Assembly (NCBI GenBank): GCA_950097015.1
Contig: CATNEN010000029.1
Span: 7,936,001-8,000,000, forward strand
DNA: 64,000 nucleotides
Direction of reading: 5' to 3'
Source of the DNA: Macrostomum hystrix
Lineage: Eukaryota > Animalia > Platyhelminthes
The position numbers and the translations under genes were made by a program. This document shows positions 1 through 11,718 of this stretch, one piece after another; positions within the stretch are counted from its first letter, which is position 1; every line of letters starts with the position of its first letter. The notes below the pieces were generated by a model. It worked only from the letters and a program-made list of their open reading frames with translations. It had not been told where the DNA came from and searched no databases.

Positions 1-75
1 CTTGTAATCCTATACTCTCTCCTTGTAATCCTATACTCTCTCCTTGTAATCCTTTACTCTCTCCTTGTAATCTCT
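1..75. repeat. ~21-bp tandem repeat (cttgtaatcctatactctctc), truncated by the window edge
   Basis: 3-4 visible copies. Confidence 0.8.
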
Positions 76-1974
76 TGTTGTCTCATTGTTGCTGAACCTT
101 TATTTTCCCATTGAATTTATGTCCTATTGCTGAAGCGGCCCTCCCCTACTAAGCAAGGCTGAATAGCTGCAGTTTTTCTTCCCCGATGAGCCGGGAGGAA
201 CAGCCAGTGCAATCGATCATGCCTTGTTTTGCAAATTGGCGCGGTGGTAGCTGCGATGGTTGCAGCGGTGGCGGTGGAAATGGTAGCATTGAGTCCATTC
301 TCAGCCCACGCGTGCCACCTCTACTAGGCTAGCTGCGCTGAGCACCGGCTTACCCGGCCAGCGGCGCAACTGTCACCCATTTGAAATTAAATTAGTCGGA
401 TTCTTTAAATAAGCCTCGACTGGCTTTCCTAGTTTTTTTCATCCATTCATTCACTTAATCCCACTGGGACGGGGCATAGGCCACACTTCCCAGGTCCATT
501 ATCTCCTTACCCGCCCGTCCGCTCATGAGACCGTTGGGAATAAATTCGACGGCAGGAAAAAAAAGAGAGAAGAAAAAAACTTTTTCTCCTAACTTTTTTA
601 GCCTTCACAACTTGGTCGCGAGCGGATGATGGGATAAGTGGGTTTCAGCTGACAGTGGACTCCCGTATACTACTCGCAGCACAGAGTACGAAAGGGTCAG
701 GCGGACAAATCACGGTTAACAGTTTTAGCGACCTACGCCAGCGGCCCTTCAAAGCTCGTTACTAATAGTGCGACGCGGGAATCACAGAATTGATAAAGAG
801 CTAAGGTGGCAAATGAGTGCAGTAGAGTACCCCCTGCCAGCCAGTCTGCAGGGACTTGATCGAGTACTTGACTCAATTTAGGATCGCGGCCAAGGAACTA
901 TTTTAAAATAAAAAGTTCGTTAAATTTAATCTTGGCCTTTGTCCCCAAGTGGGTAGCGAGGGAGGACAACGGGACGACTCTATGCGTATGTGGAGTCAGT
1001 GGAATGGGCAGAATTGATAATATGATAATATACGTATAATATAAGGAAGTCATTCTGCAGCCAACAATTAGCCTTCGGGCAATAATAAAATGAAGAAGGA
1101 AGAATGATTTGATCGCAGCAAAGTCCACTTCAGATATTTTATTGATGGTACTAATGGTTTGCGAGAGAATCTGGACCGTTTGCATGGGGATCTACCACTC
1201 TGTTGTAGATCGTTGAGTCCTGTCTCAGTCAGGAATGAAGACTGGAATTAGGTGATGAATCGGCTGGCTCAATGAGCTGACTGCTGGGCCCATCGAGACC
1301 GGCAAAATCCCATCCCGGCGTTTCCTCTTCCCATTTCCCTCTTCATTGCTCTCGCTCCGCTTCTGGCCAGAACCTCGCCGCCCATCTGTGCCTAGGAAAG
1401 TGGATCCCATAATGCCGCTCTGATGGGATCAGATGAGGGAGGAGGCTGGGTTTGGGGAAGAATGACCCGATGAAAGCAGACGCGGCCGATGTTTGTGGAG
1501 TCATCTCACCCGGTCACCTGATGAGACAAAATGTAAATTAAGAACTACAACATTGTTTATCACAGTCTGCCCTACATCCAACTTCGCCCGATTACTTTTA
1601 CACGAGGAGCTGCAGCCGATTGCTGACTGACTGGCTGGCAACAGGATACCTAATCTGGGACGGCACGCCATCACTGCGTTTTCCCATCCGGGGAGGTGGA
1701 AGTTCGGCTCGAGCCAGAAAAATTTTCTTCCTATGAACTCCGGCGAGATCTTTGTCGAATGTTGCGTGAACGCTCGGCTTCTTGGCTTTTTATGTCAGGA
1801 AGATTTCTGTTTTACTCCAGTACAGAACTAAGAGGGCTGAGCGATAAAATGAAGTCCTATCCGACACCCGTAGGGAATATTATATGCTTTCTCAAACTCG
1901 GTGAAATGCTGGCAGGCAGTTGTGCAGTTACCAAGTAATACAGTTTGAAGTTTCGAATTCTTAATTATTGTCCC

Positions 1975-2153
1975 ATGAAGACAGGCCAATCAATCTCTAC
2001 GACCCCAACGAAGACAGGCCAATCAATCTCCATGACCCAGACGAAGACAGGCCAACCTCTATGACCCCAACGAAGACAGGCCAATCAATCTCTACGACCC
2101 CAACGAAGACAGGCCAATCAATCTCTATGACCCCAACGAAGACAGGCCAATCT
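1975..2153. repeat. 33-bp minisatellite just inside innexin B intron 1
   Basis: gaagacaggccaatcaatctctatgaccccaac, about 5-6 copies. Confidence 0.9.
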
Positions 2154-2176
2154 CGGAGACCACTGTTGTAACTCAC

Positions 2177-2333
2177 CTACATACTGCCGAATGCCAATCA
2201 GCCCAATGAAAAGGAACAGAATGACGCCGGTGAACTGATAGTTGAGCCTGTCAGCGAAGTCGTCGTCGAAGCGAAGCTTAGAGGAGCCGATTCTGCCCAG
2301 CTTGGACAGCTTCCACATGAATGTCGCGTCCAT
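2177..2333 (-). CDS. inx: Innexin B, core N-terminal/TM1 exon (MDATFMWKLSKLGRIGSSKLRFDDDFADRLNYQFTGVILFLFIGLIGIRQYV-G); the rest of the gene lies left of the window
   Basis: Canonical DDDxxDRLNY...RQYVG motif. Phase-1 donor G|gtgagt at 2176, at the same protein position as innexin A intron 1. No matching exon 2 seen in 1-2176. Confidence 0.92.
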
Positions 2334-2470
2334 CTCGCTGCCGTGGCCGCCCTGGACGCCGTGCGAGCCTCCGCCGTGGGTGTGATGGCCGCCTCCGCTG
2401 GAACCGAGGCCGCTGGCTTGGTGAGAGCCTTCTCTCTGATACCCGGCGAATAGAACCTCGCGGAGCGGGC
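2334..2470 (-). CDS. In-frame Gly/His-rich 5' extension of the innexin B exon (GPLREVLFAGYQREGSHQASGLGSSGGGHHTHGGGSHGVQGGHGSE)
   Basis: Open frame continuous with MDATF, GC-rich and coding-like. Candidate phase-1 acceptor ccgcccgcag| at 2471-72; an alternative in-frame ATG lies at 2492. Confidence 0.55.
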
Positions 2471-3034
2471 CTGCGGGCGGTGCGTCAATCATGAGTCAAT
2501 TAACTAATCTATCTATCTATCTATCTATCTATCCCACTATACTAAATCTCTAAGATCTTCTATCGATCTATATTTCAAAATGCTATCTTTCTTAGATTTA
2601 ACTATTTTATCGCGAAGTAAGTTGTATTTGGCTCATTATGAAAATTGTAGTCATAGAGGCTTCAAACGAATGAAATGGTACAACATTGATTGCGGGCGGG
2701 GGCTAACGCAAAAAACGTTTTTGTAATCGACAAACTATTATTTATGACTGAGTGGCTATGAAAATACGCTGGGCGTGAGCCAGCTAATGCTCCAGGTGAA
2801 CTTATATCCATCAATTAGCGATCAATAGAAGACAGTTGATGGGTTCCAAGAGAGTGCGCCTCCTGTCAGTGTGTTTCTGAGATCTAGGGGTCGAGACAAA
2901 GAAGCTCGCAGAGTCGCGAATTGATTGACACGATCTTTTCCCATCCCACAGTAAAGAGCAGAGCGGCTTCCCCGATAAGAGGATAAATCCATCGGAAATG
3001 CTGCACCTGAGCCGTAGATTGAATCTTCCTAGGC

Positions 3035-3076
3035 TTAGGGTTAGGTTTAGGGCTAGGGTTAGGGTTAGGGTTAGGG
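3035..3076 (+). repeat. Short interstitial (TTAGGG)7 telomere-type tract
   Basis: ttaggg ttaggt ttaggg ctaggg ttaggg ttaggg ttaggg. Confidence 0.85.
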
Positions 3077-4274
3077 TCCGGACTTTCTAAAAGCTGTGAA
3101 ATATAGCGGAAACGTTAATATTTCTCGCGAGAGTTGAAATTTATTCTAGGAGACAGAGCTGCAGATACAGCATTTTTGTAGGGGGGAGCGAGGAAGAAGA
3201 AGAGAAGGAAGATTTGAGTGGTGCTTTTTTACCTGCCGTTTGAAATGCCACCTTGGCGACTGTTTTCTGTAATGCTGTGTCAACTGACAAAGTCGACGCT
3301 GCCTGTCGCTGCGGTGGAATTTTGCTGCTCGACTTTTAAAAAGAGTAACTTTTTTCGTTTTATCTTTCTGACGTTGCCTTTAAATGATAGGCAGCTGCTT
3401 TATTTGAATCTGGAGTTTTGCTTGTAGGAGATGCCGGGAAGGGGTAACTTAGCATTGCATTCCGGATGGGATCTGCAGTGGATTTCTCCTGGTGGATGAT
3501 TGGAAAATTGAGATCGCGAGTAGCTGGAGAAGACAGGAGCAGGGATTGTAGTAGCTGAGCTGCTCCGCGACCTGGTCCCGTCCGGCAAACTGGGGCATCA
3601 TAAATTATCAAAAGAATGGGCAAGAGAAGAGGCAAGGGGTAGGCGCGGCTGCCTGGAGGTAGTGCCGCCGCAGCTTGCTTGCTAGCTTTTTCCTCTGATT
3701 TGGACTGCTTTTGGCCTGGCTGGCGTGGAGTTACGGGAAATGCTGCAGCGGGAGGCTCTCTCTCTCTCTGTGTGCCCACCGGCACGGGGTAGGCGGGACA
3801 ATAAATGATTATGGATTAACAATGGAGCCTAGCTGCTGAGGAGGGCGAAGGAGAGGGAAGAAGAGATGCGGTTGTGTGTGTGTGTGTTTGAGTGGGGAGG
3901 ACACAGCAAATGAGAGGGACTCACGAGAGGGCGAGAGGACGACCCAGGGTTGGCTGCTGGCCTCAATAAAAAAACGGAACCTTCGCCGTTGAGAATGCCA
4001 GAGAGAGATGGGACGGAGCAGGAGAGACAAGCCAGCGGCAGAGAAAAAAAAAGATAAAGGAGGAGGGAAGTCCCTTTCCAGGGGGAAGGTTGCGGTCCAG
4101 CCAATTGAGTAGCTACTGGCCAGCATCCAACAGCAGGCAATAGTCTGCTGCCCTGCCTAACAGTGCCAGCAAATAATTTGCCATTTTGAAAAAATCCAGT
4201 GTAAATTAAAAAAATAATTTTTGTTTATGCCTTAATAGAATCAACAAATACCTTAGCTTAGCGCTTAAGGTATA

Positions 4275-4900
4275 ACTCAGAATTGACTGATAAGAGAACT
4301 CAGAATCGACTGAGAGAACTCAGAATCGACTGAGAGAATTCAGAATCGACTGAGAGAACTCAGAATCGACTGAATGAATTTAGAATCGACTGAGAGAATT
4401 CAGAATCGACTGAGAGAATTCAGAATCGACTGAGAGAACTCAGAATCGACTGAGAGAATTCAGAATCGACTGAGAGAATTCAGAATCGACTGAGAGAACT
4501 CAGAATCGACTGAGAGAATTCAGAATCGACTGAGAGAACTCAGAATCGACTGAATGAATTTAGAATCGACTGAGAGAATTCAGAATCGACTGAGAGAATT
4601 CAGAATCGACTGAGAGAACTCAGAATCGACTGAGAGAATTCAGAATCGACTGAGAGAATTCAGAATCGACTGAGAGAACTCAGAATCGACTGAGAGAATT
4701 CAGAATCGACTGAGAGAACTCAGAATCGACTGAATGAATTTAGAATCGACTGAGAGAACTCAGAATCGACTGATGAATGAACTCAGAATCGACTGATGAA
4801 TGAACTCAGAATCGACTGATGAATGAACTCAGAATCGACTGATGAATGAACTCAGAATCGACTGATGAATGAACTCAGAACTCAGAACTCAGAATCGATG
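4275..4900. repeat. 20-bp minisatellite (gagagaactcagaatcgact) with a 180-bp higher-order repeat
   Basis: About 30 copies; the variant tgaatgaattt recurs at 4371, 4551 and 4731. Confidence 0.95.
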
Positions 4901-7511
4901 GAGAGACTGATTATGAATTGATTAAGATGCTGCAACCAGAAAGAACTTTCAATTTCATTAAAAAATTCATATCTTATTCCAAGTTCGTAGTTCTGCAAAG
5001 GGACGTAATAACACCTAAAGAGAAGGAGTTTGCTAAACTAGAAGTTGAGGTGTGAGAGCTGTGGAGTGGTCTGCTTGTTCGCCCATGCCTGATCCACCCC
5101 CAATGTATGATCGGATAGTTGGAGTCAACGGATGAGGGCCCAGATTTTTTAATTCACCCTGTTTTCCGGGCTTGAAAAATGTTGCTTCTGGAGGTCTAGG
5201 CGTACAGTGCATGTTCGTCCGCAATGCGCATTGCGCCGCAGTGTCCATCCACCTGGGTCACAGGAGGAAGTGAGCGACTTCCCTTTCAGCTATGCATATT
5301 TTTTCTTTTGAGCTTCCTGATTATTGAATCTGGTTGGATGGTTTCAATCACAGTGCATGGTGAATAAAAAGCTAGTGCGTTATGAAAACCAACGGGAATT
5401 CATGTTTTAACCTAAGGTTTTTTAATGTCGATGCAGCTGATCTTTACTTTATATGTAGCTTTAAAATTCGAACTTTCTGGACATACTTTCTGAAAATACA
5501 CCGAAATTTCTGGAGAATAAGACGAGTGAACGCTTCGGAATTTAAAAATAAAATACATGAATGTCTACTGGTACAAAGTTAATAAAAAGTAGTATGTTAC
5601 GCGTATCAGTAATGTATCGTACTTGAATTCCCGACAGATTTTAACAAATAAAGTCGGGAATTTATCATAGATGAGCTTCGTGCAGCTTAGAACTTTTAAA
5701 GAAATTAAGTCTGAAGTCAAGCTGGACAAAATGGCTTTCTGCTATAGCATACCTTGTATTTTTGTTTAAGGAAATGAGCATGAAACACGAGGACTCTGCA
5801 ACAGAAACGAAAAAGGGACAACTGCTTACAGACAAAAAACACAATGAAGGATGAAAAATATTAAGGATTCTTTAAATAAGCAAGTCGAAACAAAACAGTC
5901 AGCGGTTAACCGCTCTTGCCGTTCTGATTAACCGTGCAGAAGAGAAAGGATCTATAAAAAACAAGAATAAATTTTATTAAAATATTAAAATATTCAGCTT
6001 AACAAGTGAGGGAGTCATTTAGCAATGATGAATATTTTAGCGGAAAAACAATAGCGTTAGTGTGTGTTTGTGTGCGTCTGTGTATGTTGTGAAAAGTAGC
6101 ATAGCACAAAGAAAACTTATTTATAAGAAAGCAAAAACAAAGCTAAATATGCATGTATATGTAGGCATGTGAACAAATACAGGTGCCCCATCATGGAAGC
6201 TGTTCATTAATATTCAACAGAAAAGATCTAGACCAATGGTTATAACAAAATTGTTGTTAACATAGAGAATAATTTGGTCACTGTTTAAATGAAGCGTACA
6301 ATATTATAAGTAAGTTGGAGAGAATGCCAAATACTGGACCATAGAAATCACTATAATGAGTTAAACAGCATCAATAAGCTTAGGTTGTGATCTGACATGT
6401 GGGTTAACGCAAACTTTCGTCAATATTTTTTCGTTACTGTAACGTTCATTACTTGTAACGTTTGTTACTTTAAATTTTGTTACAGCAACTCTCGTTATAC
6501 TTTCTTAAACTTTCATTATTGTAAATTTAGTTTCTGCAAAAAAATATAACTTGCAGTGAATCACTTCAATTCAGGGCTTTATCAAATGAAATAATGGTAA
6601 TTGCTAAAGCTATAAATAGTTAGATGAATTTGAATTAAAAAACTCGCTATCCTCAGGCACAGGATCACGCGCTTTGGATTAATTAATATAAAGTCTGTCA
6701 TATATCTTGTGGAGGGGAAGATAATATAGATAATTGTAACATCGAATTAAACTATTTTGTCAGAAAAAAAAGCGCTATAGGATCGCAAAAAACATAAAAC
6801 ATTTATCGCACTGCTTAATTAACAGCTGAAAGTTAACAGCGAAATAATCTGTTTGAATGAGACAAGTAGCAAATGTCAAAGGCTGTTTTGGTGCGGTGTG
6901 CTCAGGAGTCAAAATTGGCCTTTATCCCTAGAAACAGAAAAATTCTTTATTAGTTGACTTGCACTTTAACAAAAATGCTTTAAAATGAAAAAGAGAGGTG
7001 ATTAATAAGTTCTGTGTCATTATAGTGAAAGTACAAGAAACCAAAATACAATGATTATGATTACTATATAAACTATCTGGCGCTGTTGTCAGGATTAGAA
7101 TAAGTTTAAGGGGGAAATGAGGATAGTGGGATCTTGCTATGTTTGGCACAGACAAAACAGATAAATATAAGTTTTGGGCCTATGGTGTACAGTCGAAAAT
7201 CTAGGCCTAACTATTTGAAAAAAACTTGTTCGTGCAGTCCCTCTGAGAAGAGCCGGTGAATTTGAGTATTCTAGAACATAATTTCGTGTTAAAGTATGTG
7301 TGCGCGTATCAAAGGCGCCAATAGACGCAAAGTCAATTAACATTGCTAGAAAATAAAGTACAAAGAATTCGATTTTTCCTCTGTCACAATTTCGAGAAAA
7401 AAATATTTCTAATGAGCTTTAAATTCATAGATTAGCTCATATTATTCTTGCCTGGATTTGATAAAGCAGCTCTTAGAACATTAGACCCCGGACACACAGG
7501 GCATGCAACTG

Positions 7512-7517
7512 TTTATT
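7512..7517 (-). promoter_or_regulatory. Candidate polyadenylation signal (AATAAA) of innexin A
   Basis: Plus-strand tttatt about 175 nt past the stop codon. Position only. Confidence 0.4.
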
Positions 7518-7690
7518 TACACGCTAGCTGGGGGTAACCGCACAATTAAATATTCGAGCAACAAAACGGAAACGAGAGACAGGGTGAGAGAAAAATAAGC
7601 AGAGCTATGCGCGAATTATTAAAATAGATGAAACAATACTATGCGCATAAAATATAGCAAACAGGACAAATACATTAGCAGAATCGTCGG

Positions 7691-8099
7691 CTATACTATA
7701 CTAGACCCTCTGTTCACAGACTCTAACAGCCTGTTAATGTCCTCCTCTGTGCCAGTGATCTTGGCCTGTCGATAATTCTTCCACAATGTTGACGCCACAT
7801 CCAGAGCAATGAGGTCGCTAGCCAGGTTGGACACCACCTGGAGAATGAAGACGCCGTCCGCGCCCAGGTTGATGTTAACAAACCTGTTGCAGTCGCGCTC
7901 CTCGGTATTTGAAATTATCTTCATCGCTTTCAGGTACTGCTTGATGAAGGCAACTCGCCTTTGGGGAATTAGTATCTTAAATACCCACACAAGGGTGCTG
8001 GCTAAGGTCAGGACGCCAAGGATGATGAACCAGAACCAGAGGAACACGTAGACCTTCTCAACGAAGTGGTTGATAGGCAGTACGCACTGCAGATCGTAT
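7691..8099 (-). CDS. inx: Innexin A, coding exon 3 (YDLQCVLPINHFVEKVYVFLWFWF...SSIV*)
   Basis: QCVLPIN...EKxYxFLWFW innexin TM4 motif. Acceptor tttttag| at 8100-01 and TAG stop at 7691-7693. The three exons total 151+637+409=1197 nt, i.e. 398 aa plus stop. Confidence 0.96.
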
Positions 8100-9293
8100 C
8101 TAAAAATGACACGAAATACGCGTTCTATACTACTTTGTATGTCACATGCATTGATACCGAACAGAAAATAGTTGTACATCGCGACAATGAATAGTCCTTT
8201 GTCCATAGCTTTTTCTGACAATAAAAGATGGCTACAGGCAGCCCTTGCAGTTCCTTTCTCCGCTGGATATTCTTGGAATTTTTTAAACTATTCATTCCTA
8301 CGCATTTTAGCCGCATTGGCAGTTGCTCCCTTTGGCTCCAAGCAGCTGTCCGCAGATGCAGAGCTGCTCCCCCCTCCTCTCTCCAGTGTCGCCCCGGCGC
8401 CATATCAATGCCTTGCCGAAGCCTTTCCTATGGACAAAATCCCCATTCTATCCTCGGCTTACGGCTCGAAAATCCCAATCGAAGGGGGGGAGAATTTAGC
8501 CAAAAGCCATCCCAGGCTAGGATCAGACGTGGGAGTCTCTCATACTGTCATAAATATTCTACCGAACCAGTCTGATAGATAATGTTGGTATTTGCCGCGG
8601 TTTTCCGATTTGGTCATGCCACCCCTAATTCCACTCGGGCCGTATCAGTTGCTAGGATAGCAGGTCCCCAGTTTCATAGTTTCTATTTTAGCCAGGCCAA
8701 ACTTGGTTAACCATTCAGTGGGCAGAGATATGCACAGTTCTAGCGACTATTTGGAGCGACAGGCGATTAAGCGGCAATTATGGTCCGATGCCTAAAACTG
8801 CATCCTTTGGCAGATGCTGAATCAATAGACCCTCGCATGCCGCTTCCGGACCAACCAGTTCAGCTCTGCTAGAAGGATCGCTAACTATGCGCAAATAATA
8901 ATTATATATTTGCCTTTTCTGTCTGGTAATGTTGTCGCACGAACTGTGCGCGATTCTGTTCGTAATCGTCGGCAGAGAAAAATCGAAAATTTGTTTTAAA
9001 CGCTTTACTTAACAAAATAAACTCTAAAAAACTGCTCTTATAATAAATTGGTGATTTTAGCTCACTAGAAAACTAGTTTGCTAGTTGTTAAACTTTTCTG
9101 TATAAATGACTCTTGAACTTGAATGGCCTTGGAGACTGGAGTAGGACTGAGAGTGGCGGGCCAGAGAACTCAGCGAAGTACGCCGAAGTGCAACTGCTTC
9201 CGTTTTTGCCTTTTGATGAAATTTTCTTCCGATATTCGGCTAAGAGGGAGCGAAAGAGTTTGGTCAAGCCAGGCGAGACTCGCTGACGCTCAC

Positions 9294-9356
9294 CCTGGCG
9301 CATAATGCCCGCACGCATGAGCTCACTGTGTCGCTTGGGAGAAACGATAAAAGCAC
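9294..9356 (-). CDS. Candidate 63-nt symmetric exon inside innexin A intron 2 (G-AFIVSPKRHSELMRAGIMRQ-G in phase 1)
   Basis: Long pyrimidine tract with a 94-nt AG-free zone (9359-9452), acceptor ccccgtcag|, donor AGG|gtgagc. Open in phase 1; has a TGA in the innexin A (phase 2) frame. Confidence 0.5.
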
Positions 9357-9524
9357 CTGACGGGGAACCGGCGACGGAGACCATGTTTGAGGGGGTAATG
9401 AAAAGACGAAAAGACAGAAAAGAGAGGAGCGAGAGAAAAGCAGGGAGGACGGCTTCCCAGTCCGACTGACGCACACGTGAGTGAACACAAGACAAGCCGT
9501 TTTTCTGTTCCCGCATTAACTCAC

Positions 9525-9542
9525 CTGGAGGAGGCTTGGTGC
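9525..9542 (-). CDS. Candidate 18-nt microexon GCACCAAGCCTCCTCCAG inside innexin A intron 2
   Basis: Strong pyrimidine tract cctcctttctgtctccccttttctcccatcagtttctcag|, donor CAG|gtgagt. A competing AG 8 nt upstream would give 26 nt. Confidence 0.5.
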
Positions 9543-10413
9543 CTGAGAAACTGATGGGAGAAAAGGGGAGACAGAAAGGAGGATGCGAGGACTGCATTTT
9601 GCGTCAGTTTTGTTTAGCCGGCGTGAGCTGTGAGGAAAATAGGGCGGGCTAAGACAAACTAAAGCCCATGGAGAATCCCAGCGCGCATGGGAGCGCGACG
9701 GAGCCGAAATGGAAGGGAATTTTTGTAACGGCAGCAGGCAAGGTGGGGCATAAAATAGGCTTTTACGACGGATGCACTAATTGGGAATCGGCTAGTCGGT
9801 AATAAAAATACTGCTCACCACTCGCTGCCGCATCGCGTCCCCTCCCCGTTCGTCTAATTCCCTACGCACCAACCGCCACCCTCCTCGATGTTAGCTCCTG
9901 GGTCTGTGCTCGGTTTCGCAACAGACACGGCTCCTGCTCAGCTTGGCGCCAGAAATAGATTTGGTGGGTTATAGCTTGAGCAATCTAGAGGCTGCTCAGA
10001 CCCGGATCTGTCTCGTATCTAACCAGGCTTCTGCCTGCCCGCCTGCATGTCTGCCTCACAAAGATTGGGACTTAATTAAAAGATCAGATCTGATCCCGAG
10101 GGCAAGTGAAAGGTATTTTAGACAAGCATTTACTGTGCTTTATAGGAACTCTTAGTGATAGATTGTTCAGTACCGCACGCGGTAAAAACTGATGGCGTTC
10201 AAAATTTTGAAGTGTGCGACAGCCAGAGAACTGACCAGAAGTCGAAGGGTTGAAGGGTGACATTAAGAGAGCCTGAAAATAATGTCGAAGGGTCGAATGG
10301 CGTGATTCCTAGAACTTTCTAACATTCTAACTTCCTTGAAAGCGTCGGTTAACAGTCGCTAGTGTCCCAACTTCCATTGTACAGATCCCACAACATGTGC
10401 TTGAGGAACTCAC

Positions 10414-11050
10414 GTTTGTGCCTTGACGCCGACCTTGCGCACCACCAGGTGGCAGTAGGTGACGCGGGGAAAGTTCCCAGTCTCGCGCCACTCCTGGCCG
10501 ATCATGAGGCTTTTAAGCACTTCGTAGCCAAATAAAGTGTCGTTTGAGCCGAGAAATTTTCGCATAAGGTAGATCTGGCCCACTGAGTTGCCAATGAACA
10601 GTAGCCGCACAATGAGAAACAGCATTGTCAGCCGCATTGACGGACTCAAACAGCAGATGAACTTTTCCAACACATTTCGCATGCGGCTATACCGGCGTGC
10701 GGCCTCGGCCTGCTCCTCTAGGGCGGCCACCAGGCACTGGACGGCCTTGCGCCTGAGATCCGTGTCCGGCATGGAAGCGTTTCGCGCGTTCTTGATCAGC
10801 ACTGGCAGCCGGCGAGCGCCCACTCGCCAGATGAGATGAGGCACCCAGGTGATGATGGCCTGGCCAGCCAGCACAATGGCCACCCATTGGTAATAGCTCA
10901 GGTAGGTCATGTCGGCCAGCTGCTCCTTTTTTACAGGTATTTCTTGGTTGGGCAACAGGAAGTAGGTGTTAGACACCCAACAGTAGTTCTCGGCGAAATC
11001 CTCCCATGCTTTGGAGAATTCCTGCGGCACCCAGCACTGGATCGGCTTGC
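10414..11050 (-). CDS. inx: Innexin A, coding exon 2 (GKPIQCW...NYCW...YYQWV...FPRVTYC...KVGVKAQT)
   Basis: ORF 10410..11102 has the innexin motifs QCWVP, ENYCW, YYQWV and FPRVTYC. Acceptor tttcag| at 11051-52 and donor AC|gtgagt at 10413. 637 nt, phase 1 in and phase 2 out. Confidence 0.96.
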
Positions 11051-11718
11051 CTGAAATCATTGCGTTCAGGAATCGTTTGTAAGGCTGTGAAAAAGTTGTC
11101 AATTAGCAAAGAAAATCGGAATAGGAACAAAGAGGAATTCAATGATTTGTGACGAAATTGACCACCTTAAGTTTTCCTACTGTTTCGGATTTTCTTAAAG
11201 TACGAGTATCTTGAACCATTTAAAGTTTGTAGATTAAACTATTTGTAGTTTTCAAAACTCTACTGGTGAGAACAGATGTTTTCAACTGCTACAGAATATG
11301 TCACTGGTTGTAGAGAAAGCGCTGAAAGCTACGAGTACAATCGCGGTCCATTATTTGGATAGACAGTTTTTCGTTTTCAAGTTTATAGTGCCGGGTCAGT
11401 TTTTCAGTTAGTTTATTTTACCGTGAAGATTTAGCTTGTTCTAATGTTACAGGTCCTCGTTGTTGCTTGGATAAACATCCAAAGAAATACAATAACGTCG
11501 AAACGTTTATTGAAAGTCAGAAATACTTGAACAGTGATACCTGATACTCGTACTTGAAAAGTTCGTAATCCTAGACCTAGTCCGTTCCCAGTGTTTAAAG
11601 AAGATTGGAAAGACGAGTAATGCCTTCAAAATGCCTAGTTTTGCTAGGAAACGTATTGCCCCGTATAAACTGCAAAAAAACTTGTACATACGAAACAAGT
11701 CGTTTAAAATCGCCATTA

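Noticed and set aside
450-545. Possible LINE 3' end on the minus strand (ggcctatgccccgtcccagtgggattaagtgaatgaatg)
   Set aside because: Resemblance to RTE tails is from memory only and there is no second copy in the window.
2177-2333. This exon as a misplaced exon 1 of the 7691-11050 innexin (scrambled or trans-spliced gene)
   Set aside because: A proper upstream exon 1 exists at 17274-17424, so this exon belongs to a second paralogue.
3774-3860. Candidate minus-strand exon (acceptor 3836, donor gtgggc)
   Set aside because: Weak donor and stop codons in the frame needed for innexin B.
5625-5662. 10-bp hairpin aattcccgac...gtcgggaatt
   Set aside because: Isolated, with no TSD or Helitron-type end recognisable.
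7660-7693. Stop-codon readthrough of innexin A
   Set aside because: TAG-CCG is not a recognised leaky context, and the downstream frame is AT-rich UTR-like sequence.
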